DNA of 49,752 nucleotides from Geosiphon pyriformis uo1 (lineage: Eukaryota; Fungi; Glomeromycota), in the NCBI GenBank assembly GCA_016748015.1, contig JAAOMT010000029.1:14181-63932 (forward strand), written 5' to 3'. The position numbers and the translations under genes were made by a program. Shown here one piece after another: positions 1-10,177 of this stretch; the first letter of the stretch is position 1; each line of letters opens with the position of its first letter. The notes beneath the pieces are model-generated. The model saw only the letters and a program-made list of their open reading frames with translations, searched no databases and was not told the DNA's origin.

Positions 1-414
1 TAAGTTTCAAAACTTAAAAAAATTTTGTTATAACAAAACAGAAATACTGAAGAATTGGTATGAATATTTTAATAAATAGCCAAGTAGCTAAAAAAATTTT
101 TAAACTAAGATAACTAAACGCTAAAAATATTTAATAGTTTAAGAATAAATAAATATATATATCATTATTCATAAAGACTTAAACAAAAATTTGTTAAAAC
201 AAGACCCAATAATTTTCAGATTAATAACATTGAATTATTTGTTTGTTAATATTATAACTGCTGATTGGTTTTAAAATCTAATTATTATCTTAACCAAAAA
301 ATTAATTTAACACAGATCACAGAAGTTTGATTTTGTTAACTGGTCTGGATTTTTTATTAAACCAAAAAATAATAAACAAATACAAACTGGCTTGAAATTT
401 TTAGAGTAAATAGA

Positions 415-1270
415 AGTTTAATGCCACAATTCCGATAATTGTATACTTCGAATCCGATACTTTTTATGTTACCACACCACAAGTCTTGGACGCATAAGCC
501 TCATTTTGGATGATAATATGAACTCCTAACTTCTCGACCTTGATTAAAGATAATGACCTCAGTAGAGAATTTTTCCGGACAGTCTTTTTCTTGCCTTATG
601 GTTCTTCATATCTGAAGCCTCAAATGGCAGGAAAATTGCGTCAAAATCTCAATTAAATAATATGATTGCCTTCCTATAGACTCCACTCTCCAGATGCACA
701 ATTCTTCATTGTATATGCGAAGCTGCTTTTTCGAGCCACCAACCCTGCGTTTCTTATGCTTTGAAGTAAAACATCGAAGTTGACTTTTCTCATCCGTATA
801 TTTTCATAGGTGAGAAATTCGCCCAATGTCACAGAAGCCTATTTAACCCACACCTTTAAAGGGAAGATACCAAGTAAAGTGTGTACGAAAGCCAGGATCA
901 AGAGATTCCACTTGGGTTTTTTGGACTTGTATTTGCGTCTTATAGGCCAAGAAAAACGTACATTGTTTGGATTGTCGAGAATATGCAAGTTTGCCATGTA
1001 ATCTTGTGCGAATAGGACAACTTATTGTTTCTGCAATTATGATGAGCACAAATTGGAATATTATGATGTAATGACTCACGTGACTGGCAAGACAATATGC
1101 TAGCGCACTTTATTTTTGATGTGCAATTTTTTGTTTTATGGCTGAACAATGGCTTCATCAGTTATCTTAGCATGAATCGAACCTAAGAACATGCCAAAGC
1201 GGAGTAAAACTTTTGTTCCCCTAAATAGCCGAAAAAGAAGACATTTTTATTAGGTTTAGGCATTTTTCTG
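415..1270 (-). pseudogene. Fanzor2 / IS607-type TnpB-like RNA-guided endonuclease (transposon-encoded), degraded and 3'-truncated
   Basis: Manual minus-strand translation across frameshifts: HGKLAYSRQSKQCTFFLAY ... SLDPGFRTHFTWYLPFKGVG*IGFCDIGRISHL*KY (D codon 899-897) ... EKAASHIQ*RIVHLESGVYRKAIILFN*DFDAIFLPFEASDMKNHKARK..KTVRK ... KVEKLGVHIIIQNEAYASKTC.WCGNIKSIG..EVYNYRNCGIKL (E codon 502-500). The motif order matches TnpB/Fanzor2: DPGxRT, IxLPxFE, EAYTSKTCxxCG, CxxCG. The terminal DRDxN motif is absent. The 5' boundary is approximate. Confidence 0.88.
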
Positions 1271-1606
1271 GTATCCGATGAGATGCCGAGTTGGTTACCT
1301 GGTATGTAGATAAATAAATGGGAAGAGAAATTGGTGAGACTTTAAATTTGCCACAATTTCATGTAATACAATATAGCCTAAAATGATATATAGATTTCTG
1401 GAGGGAAGGATTTTCACCATAAACAGATTCCTACTTGGTGAAATTCAATAGCGTGGTAAAAAGCTGTACACCATATTAATCCCTAAAAGACTTGCTGGAA
1501 CATTTCACAACTCTGTATTACCATGCATTCTATCTGAAGTTTTTTGCTGTTCAACAAATATTTTGAAAAAAATATTACATATATTTATAATTCTAAACCT
1601 TTCAAC

Positions 1607-2443
1607 ATGACGACTAAAAGTATACCAGATGTCTTATTAACAAAAAATAAAGGAGATATAGCTGAATCAGTTTTGAAACCTGGTATTATGGAACAAAACT
1701 TTTTAATTTATCCTAAAATATATACTATTCCAAACCTGGAATTTCATTCTATTCAATTATCAATATCTTTAAACTTGGAACACCCCTCACCTTTTTATGA
1801 GGAAATCTCGGAATCTCAAAAGCAAATTGTTGCCAAGGTCAAGGAAATAATGATTTACGGAACGATGATATGTGGTAGTGACTGGAAAACTGTCAATCGA
1901 ATCTTTGAATATTGTAAATCTGTCGAACAATCGACCCAAGGTATCTATGCGATACTCCGAAAAGGCAGTATACATATTGCAGACTGGGCCTGTTTACGTG
2001 GTTTCTTTCATCACAACGCAATAGGTACTTCTCGCAATTATAAATTAGCATTTAGATTTTATCGAATTGCAGCTGCTGCTGGTGACGCTTTTGCGGCAAA
2101 TCAAGTCGGTTGGATCTATGACCATTCTCTTGGAGTTTGCAGAAACAACAAAAAAGCTATTGAATTTTACACGAAATCTGCTCTTTGGGGTCATCCACAT
2201 GGTCAAATGAATTTGGCATCAAAATATAATTATGGGTATTTTGATTTACTCAAAAATAACCGAAAAGCATTTTTGTTATCACTCAAAGCTGCTGAATTGG
2301 AGTTTCCGAATGCGATGCGGACAATAAACCAGTCTTATAGATTTGGAACTGGCGTAAATAAGGATGTGCATGAGGTTTTTCGATGGAGTGTTAAAGAGTA
2401 CCGACGAATCATTCAATTGTACCCATTTGCGGAAACCAAATAA
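1607..2443 (+). CDS. Sel1-like repeat (SLR/HCP-like) protein, intronless, ~278 aa
   Basis: First ATG at 1607 within ORF 1544..2443. SLR motifs: GFFHHNAIGTSRNYKLAFRFYRIAAAAGD, AANQVGWIYDHSLGVCRNNKKAIEFYTKSALWGH, GQMNLASKYNYG, FGTGVNKDVHEVFRW. Confidence 0.85.
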   Translation: MTTKSIPDVLLTKNKGDIAESVLKPGIMEQNFLIYPKIYTIPNLEFHSIQLSISLNLEHPSPFYEEISESQKQIVAKVKEIMIYGTMICGSDWKTVNRIFEYCKSVEQSTQGIYAILRKGSIHIADWACLRGFFHHNAIGTSRNYKLAFRFYRIAAAAGDAFAANQVGWIYDHSLGVCRNNKKAIEFYTKSALWGHPHGQMNLASKYNYGYFDLLKNNRKAFLLSLKAAELEFPNAMRTINQSYRFGTGVNKDVHEVFRWSVKEYRRIIQLYPFAETK

Positions 2444-2779
2444 TGATTTAATAAATATACCCTACTATTAAGCTTTTTGAATGGGATATATTACTAAGAT
2501 GTCGGTTAATCAGCCTGCTTTGGTTTAATCAATAGTGATTGAATGAAAATTCCAGAAAATCAATAATAATCTTCGTTTCTTTTCTTTGTATTAAAATGAT
2601 TTACGCATCTTCACAAATCTCTAAAATGGCATTTTACCGCTTTATAAGGGATAGAGTTTATGGGGGAAAGAACTTGGCAAATTTATTCGCATAATTGAGT
2701 TGTAGGTTTTTAGCCCTCAATTAGACGATACTTGTATGTTTTAGAACTTGGGCTTTTTCATCATATAAACTAAACTTTT

Positions 2780-5700
2780 CAAATGTTTCCTTTTGTAAAA
2801 AAAAATTATTTAACATTTTATTGATTATATATTATTTACATTATTAATTTGAATATTAAGTTTTTCAAAGATATAAAAATATCAATCAACTATTATTTTG
2901 ATTTTTTTTCTGTTTTTGTAGTCTAAACTTATTAAAAAATGAAAAACTACTTTAATTTGTCTTTGGGAAATAATTATTGAATAAAAATTGTGTTATTTAA
3001 ATTTGACATTTATAAATTATATCCACTTTTAAATATTTTGAAAATGATGTTCTTTAATAAATAATTTGCTATATTAACTTGTTATTTTTCATTATTTCGT
3101 TTATCGATTGCTAGTTATCTGTCAAATTATTTTTCCAAAAAAGCCAATAATAATAATTTTTTATTTGTTTTTGTTTTTCCAAAATGTTTAATTAAAAGTA
3201 TATGTAATATGTCATATGTAAATGTAATTTTCTCCTTTTCAAACTGTATATTCTTTGAATCTTTATATTTTTCAAAACAATTAATTTATAAAATTGTATT
3301 TAAAAATATTTATTATATTAAATTATATAATTTTGAAGTTATTGTTTTTATTCAAAAAGTTAAATCTAATAGTCATAACATTTTATTAATAATTAAATTT
3401 TTTCTGTTTATTAATTGAAAAATTATAATCATTTATCAATTTATTTGTTGGTTTTTTTAAAATTAATTCTCTTTTTGAAATAATTTTTTTGATTAATAAT
3501 TTGTTTTTTTGAATGTAAGATTATTAACTTTGTTATTTTGTCTTGGTTTTTATAATTTATTAATATTTTCTGAATTTGTAACAAAACATCAAGTATTTTT
3601 TATTATAAAACCAAAATTAACTTCCATTTCAGTAGTTTAATATCATATTAGATATTTTAATAATTTTTTCATTATATAATATTTTATAAGTGAATTTATT
3701 TACTTATAATATTTAATAAAAAAGTTGTTTTTAAATAATTTTATTGTTTAAAGCCAAAATAAAACATTCTAGCTTGTTATTATCAAGAATTTACTATTAA
3801 AAAAATATATAAATAATTTGTTGTTAAAACTATTTCAATCTATTTTTGTTTATTAATTATGTATTTTTGATTATAATTAATCTAGCAATACCATGTTTTT
3901 GTTTTTATAATTTTTCAAAAAAAAAGTTTTTAGATATGGTCCATAATTAGATTGATTATTGTTTAAATCGATTTATTAATTTAATTTAAATTCAGTGTTT
4001 TTAGAAGATTGCAAAAATTTAAATAAATAATAATGTTGATCAAAAAGATTTACACAGGGATTATTTTGGTATTTAAATTTATACAGTTTTAGCAAAATTA
4101 ATAAATTATAAATCACTTAAAATTCAGAGCTTTAAGTAATAAAAAAATTTCTTAAAATAAAATATAAGCTTAAAGTAAAGTTAGGTATTAATTAATTGTT
4201 TTTCTCTATCTATTTTTTGAAATCAATAAATTAGTTAATTTTGGAATATATTTAATATATCTTATTACTACTTATTATTTGCAACAAATAACTGAGGTTT
4301 ACAAATAAAGAATTTTAAAAATAAAAAATCAACTTGATTAGATAATAAATTATTTGAAAAAATATAATAATAATATAGCTTGTGAACTTTAATAAACCTT
4401 TGATTTTCCAATTTTATTTATTGTTTAAAAATAAAAATAAAAATTTAAGATTCGGCTTAAAACTAATCTGTAAAAACATATGGTAATTTTTTATAATGTA
4501 AATATTATACTGGTATCAATTAAAATTTAAAACAAAATATTTATTAAATGATTATAGAACGGTTTAATTATTTTTTTACTTTATTAAGTAATATTTGAAA
4601 TTTCAGAATTTAATAAAGAAAATAAATTTTTACTAATATTTATATTTATATTGCTTTGACAAAGTGAGGTTTTTCATATTTAATATTTAATATTTTTTAT
4701 TAAGTTTTTATTTATAATACCAAATAAAACTTATTTTTTATCGATTAAAATTTTTTTGGATTTATGATTTGATTTATTTTTTCATATTGATTTGCACAAT
4801 TAATTTTAATTTTAAAATATATAGCAATTTACTGTTTTATTCTTGTAAATATTGGTAATTTTGTTTGATTTTTTGGATGTTATATTTTTAAAAATGTTTT
4901 TTTATTAATATAAATAATATAAGTTTTTTGTTATTATGTGTAATTGTTTTTAAATTTTTACTTTAGTTAATTCAAATATTTTATTTGTATAACTTTTTGC
5001 ACTGTATTAATAATATTAATAATCTAATTTATAGTATCTTATATTCTGAATTTGAAATAATAAAAATTTAAAGAATAATTATATCAAAAATTCTAAGAAA
5101 ATTTATTATTTTAATTTTTGTAAAAATAAATTTTATTTTAAAAAATATATTATTAAATTTTAATATTTAAACCAAATATAATTTAGTAAACCAATTTTTT
5201 TGCCAAAATTATAATTAATAAAAACGAAAATTATTTTTGAAATATTAATTAACTATCAATTTTATTGAAATTAATATACAAATATTAAAAAATTTTGTTA
5301 TTACAATATAAACATTTAAAATTAAATTAATAAATAAATAGTAGTAATTATAATTTTTTATACAATTATTAAAAGAAATTAAATTACAATAAATGAGTTA
5401 AATTTTGTATGAATCTTGGGTATAAAAATTTGGTTTTAAATATTAATTAGCATATACACACAAATCAACTAGCATACAATTATAACAAAAGAAATTTAAC
5501 AATTGCTTTGAGGTGTTAGTAATTAAAGCTTTCAAAAATATTGCAAAGCATTTTTAATAATATTAAGAAAATAAAAAAATCTTTTAATAAAACTATGTTG
5601 GTATTATTGATAAATAATTCAATTTAACTATCAATTGTTTTATTTTTTCGCTCTTTCCTCCACTTTAAGTTTTTTTTACTGTCATTTATAAATCTAATTT

Positions 5701-5900
5701 AAGTTCTTGATGAAATACTTAAAATTTAAATACATATATTTTGCTAATGTTATTTGTATTATTTTTACTTGTAACAGTTATCACTTCTATTTAATATGTT
5801 CTTGAACACTTTATTAAGTAAACGGGTATTTCAAAGATTTTTTTTCAAAATGTGCCATAATAAAGGTAAAAAAGTTTTTTATAATTCTTTCAAAGTGTTG
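2780..5900 (-). mobile_element. Extremely AT-rich decayed repeat, probably a Ty3/Gypsy LTR retrotransposon relic
   Basis: The block is visibly far more AT-rich than the flanking genes. Minus-strand remnants lie in Gypsy pol order: ILIDTSI (protease DTG-like, 4509-4517), MDHI...VLLD-II (RT-like, ~3945-3869), KLLKWKL (RNase H end-like, ~3638-3618), YYW (integrase zinc-finger region-like, 3152-3144). Each motif alone is weak; no LTRs recognised. Confidence 0.45.
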
Positions 5901-6220
5901 TGTTTCTTAAATTGTTCAATAAATAAATGGGTAAAGAATAGTCATTTAAAATGAAAAATTTCGAATCAAGAATATTGTAACATGAGAGCCTCAAATAAAT
6001 TACGCATTTCTGCTGTATATTCTTTTTGGAAAAAATTGAAAACCATCTTCACCAGCGCCGCCAATATTTCGGACACAAATAGGTCTGTAATAAATACTTG
6101 TCCAGGCATTTTATTTATTTACTTGAATATTTCGAAATTTTATGTAGAATATTTAAATGTGAGAATGAGCCAAAAAAATCTGAAAATTAACTATCTCGAC
6201 TCGCTAGTATACGGGACAGA

Positions 6221-6256
6221 TTATCAATATTATCAATATTATCAATATTATCAATA
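6221..6256. repeat. 9-bp tandem repeat (TTATCAATA) x4, downstream of the Vip1-like gene
   Basis: ttatcaatattatcaatattatcaatattatcaata read directly. Confidence 0.9.
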
Positions 6257-6381
6257 GGAATATTACATAAAAATCACAATCGATATGTATTTTGCAAGGT
6301 TTGTAAACAATAAATTAATCAAATTAAGAATAATGCATTTCAATTGTTTTTCCAGAGCCTGCTTAAACGAATCGATCCAAT

Positions 6382-7465
6382 TTATTGTGAAACATCAATT
6401 AACTCAACGTGACCGTTTGTTTCTCTTGCAGCTTTCTTATCATCAGCAATTTGCCTTGCCTCAAAATGAACATCGGAAACCGTCTTAGTCGTTGAGGTAT
6501 AGAATTCAGTTACACGTTTTCCGATCGGCGTCTGTAAAGCCAAAGCAGCTTTGTCTTGTGCTTGAGCTGCGGCAAATTTTACCTTATCTTGCACGGCAAA
6601 CTTTGCATCTATTTCGATTGCTTTGGCAGCCACTGTCTCAACAAGTTTGAATTTGGCATCAAATTGTTGAAGGTTAGCCTGAAGTTGAGCAAGGAATTGT
6701 CGAACAACTTGGGTTACACCATATGTATTATCGTATTCTAGACCTTTTTCGATGATGTGATCGTGAAGTTGGTAGCCGGCTGCCAAGATTTCTGCAAAGA
6801 TAGCAGCCTTGGGCTGTAAAATCCCAAGAGAGGCAAAGTGAAAATTTCAACGATATGGTTTTTTTGTATCTCAAAAATAGAGATAAAATTTAGTTTCAAG
6901 TCTAGAAATAGTATTAAATGAGATTTACCTTTTCTTCTTGTATCAAATCTTCGGTATCAGATAAGTCATCTGTACCATTAACGATAAGGTCATCAGCTAA
7001 TTTAACTGAAATCTGACTATCGCCAATAACTGCGTTTGTTAACATAAGCGCAGTTTTCGCGGCAGATTCTAAGAGAATTCAATTATCTCGATCAATTACT
7101 TGGGTTTAGTTTTCATGAATTGGCAGTTATATTCTTCGAAAGTTACCTCGTTCAAACGTCACATATGCGATTTGCTTATCCGTAGATTCCTCCTTGTTAA
7201 GTTCAAATTCTTTTATTTTACCACAGAACAAGAAGAAATCTTTTACTAATGCGGTGTAAAAAATGAAATTAGCACTTTTTCAATTACTCTATATATGAAC
7301 CAATAATAAAACTGTTGGGTGCTTCGATAAACATGACTCGAGCACTTTGGACACAAGACCTCTTCAAGAATATAAAAATCCACTCACAAAAAGTTCTTGT
7401 TTTAACTTACCAGTCTTTTCTGAGGCGGAAGCAGAAATCTCCGTTACGATAACTTTGCAAGTCAT
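6382..7465 (-). CDS. vip1: Vip1-like RRM (RNA-recognition motif) protein, 4 exons
   Basis: Spliced translation: MTCKVIVTEISASASEKT|VKDFFLFCGKIKEFELNKEESTDKQIAYVTFER|ESAAKTALMLTNAVIGDSQISV...EEK|PKAAIFAEILAAGYQLHDHIIEKGLEYD. GT-AG introns (donor GTAAG at 7410). The FFxFCGKI / FExExAAKTAL / AEILAxGY motifs are typical of fungal Vip1. Confidence 0.85.
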
Positions 7466-8439
7466 TTGTAAGTTATTCTTAAAAGCTGTAGTTTTGAGTG
7501 TGAGATTTAACAGAACAAAATGTACATAAAAAGTTTCCAAAATAGCTGCGTTTTATAATTTATTTTCCTTGATTCATCAATGTGATAAACCCAGTAATTT
7601 GTGCATGATCATGAAATTGAAAACCTACGATAAATGAGAGTCGGGGTTAGGCGCGAATGACGAATGTCGTGTCTCATGTAGATTTTTCCTAATTTGATCA
7701 AATAATTCCCGTCATCAGCTGAAATTTCTTGCGAGCAACGTGAAAAAATGTGAAATTTCGGGTCAAAAGGTTGATTTATTCGGTTTGGTCAAATCTTAAC
7801 CTTTTATCTGTCACATGGATTAATTTTATATTGCCCTTGTTAACTATTTATGCATTCAGAAACTCTCTCCAACATTTTGAATCAATGGATTCACAATTTG
7901 TTTACCGATTGCTGGATATCAGTGTGAAAAAGACACACGGATCAATTAAGTTTCTTGAGCGGGGAATTGTCGCTTATTGGTCAATTGGAAAAATTTCCAA
8001 ATCTCGCTGAGTGGGGCGTACAGTTTTAATCAGCTTAGCATATCATTTCTGAAACAATAAGACGAGCGAAAATCTCTTGCATTCAAATAATTTACAGGCT
8101 GCTAATGCATTTTTTAAATCCATAATATATTTCTTGGATAAAAGTTATTTTCGCTCGATTTTTACTTCATATCCTGTAACGAAGACATTGGATTAGTTTT
8201 TTAGTGACTAGGGAAATCTGTTTTTTCTCTTTTGCTATAAACAAGTGTGCGAAAAGCTAGACCATCAAAGTCAATCAATAATCTACAAATCTTGAAAGCT
8301 TCAATGCTTTTGGCATAAAATTTATTTGAACTACAAAAGCTCCCAAATCAACAAATCAAGAAAATAATTAATTTTCGGGAATTTTCATTCAATCACTATT
8401 TATTAAATGTATCCCATTAATCGTAAGAATATTATATCA

Positions 8440-9235
8440 TTATCTGGTTTGTCTAAATTGGGTTTCAATTACTTGATTCGTCGGGACTCTACCGCTCTAT
8501 CAAAAAGCCTCATGCACATCCACGCCAGTTCCAAATTGGTAAGATTGGTTCGCTTTGAGTGATAGCAAAAATGCTTTTCGCTTATTTATGAGTAAATCAA
8601 AATACCCCTAATTATATTTTGATGCCAAATTAATTTGACTATGTGGATGACCCCAAAGAGCAGATTTCGTGTAAAATACAATAGCTTTTTTCTTGTTTCT
8701 GTAAAATCCAAGAGCATGGTCATAGATCCAACCGACTTGATTTGCCGCAAAAGGGTCACCAGAAGCAGCTGCAATTCAATAAAATCTAAATGCTAATTTA
8801 TTATCGCGAGAATACCTATTGCGTAATGATGAAAGATACTGCCTTTTCGGAGTATCGCATAGATATCTTGGGTTGATTGTTCGACAGATTTACAATATTC
8901 AGAGATTTAACTGACCGTTTTCCCGTCACTACCACATATCATCGTTGCGTAAATCATTATTTCCTTGACCTTGGCAACAATTTGCTTTTGAGATTCCGAG
9001 ATTTCCCCGTAAAAAGGTGAGTGATGTTCCAAGTTTAAAGATATTGATAATTGAATAGAATGAAATTCCAGGTTTGGAATAGTATATCTTTTAGGATCAT
9101 TTAAAAAGTTTTGTTCCATAGTACATAAACGTTCGCTGTTGTTTAGGCTTGACGATAGACCAGGTTTCAAAACTGATTCGTTTATATCTCCCTTTTTTTT
9201 GTTAATAAGACATCTGATATACTTTTAGTCGTCAT
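8440..9235 (-). pseudogene. Pseudogenised inverted paralog of the Sel1-repeat gene at 1607-2443
   Basis: Reverse complement aligns with the 1607 gene from ATG (9235) to stop (8440), e.g. YTIPNLEFHSIQLSISLNLEH. Lesions: 1-nt deletion in the A-run near 9195, premature TAA at 8907 (CGA in the intact copy), 33-nt deletion near 8836, 1-nt deletion near 8812 and ~40-nt deletion near 8552. Confidence 0.93.
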
Positions 9236-10177
9236 GTTGAAAGGTTTAGAATTATGAATATATGTACCATTTTTTTCAAAGTTTAAAATCTTTTTAGAAA
9301 TTAAATATAATAAATAAAATTTGTAAAAGTCAAGCAGAAGAAAGCATTTTTATTTGTTAAACAGCAAAAAACTTTACTCCACATAGGACTTTAAAGAATA
9401 CATGGTGATACAGAGCTGTAAATGTTTCAGCAAGTGCAGCTAATCATCCTAATCAAATATTTAAGGAATTAGCAAATTAGTTGAAATTTTAAATAAAATT
9501 TATAAAAACTCAATGAAATTTAAAAGTTTTAAAAACAGAATGCTAAATAGTTTAATTTTTCAACTTTAATTACACATACTTAAATAAAAATATCTTTTAA
9601 ATTGAAAAACGAAATTATTAAAAATATAAAAATGTATATTTTCAGCAAAAGTTAGAAAAATAAAGAACTTTTAATAAATAGCATTTAATATATATAATCA
9701 AACTTGTTTTTGTAAATTGAAGTCAAATATTTGAGCAATTTAATATATATATATATTTTTAAATAATTACAAGTATGTTAGTAAAATTTTACATTTAAAA
9801 ATAATATTTAAATATAAAGCTTCAATAATAATACATAAAATACATTAATATATTATTAACCAATAATTTTAAATGTTTTTTGAAATCTGAATTTTTTGAA
9901 AGTTGAGTAATATAAATATTACATAAAAAGCTAAACTTTATTACTAATTTTGAAATTAAGAAAGCTTTTGTATTTAAATTGGCATTAAAGTTTCATAATC
10001 TGATATGCATCAAAGAAACGCACATTATCTGGACAAATGTTTGTTTGACCACCAATTCAAAGTTTGCTTTGAAGATCTATCGAAATGATCTCGGATAATC
10101 AAACAAAGTTTTAAATTTATTTCTCAGACATGACAGAAAATTAAAAAACTAGCTCTTTCAAAATATCGGGTCAAAAA

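Noticed and set aside
810-1158. ORFs 810..1001(+), 843..1079(-) and 940..1158(-) as independent small genes
   Set aside because: They are fragments or antisense shadows of the Fanzor pseudogene.
1544-1606. TTG/GTG-initiated ORF starts from the track (also 29542, 23350 and others)
   Set aside because: The sequence is eukaryotic with spliceosomal introns; the first in-frame ATG or an upstream exon explains each case.
5982-6257. 91-aa ORF ending YQYYQYYQYYQ
   Set aside because: The repeat is a 9-bp tandem downstream of the Vip1-like gene; no recognisable domain and AT-rich codons.
6556-6741. ORF ending ...CIIVF as a possible CaaX pheromone precursor
   Set aside because: The Cys is fifth from the end, the ORF has no true ATG start, and it is antisense to the Vip1-like last exon.
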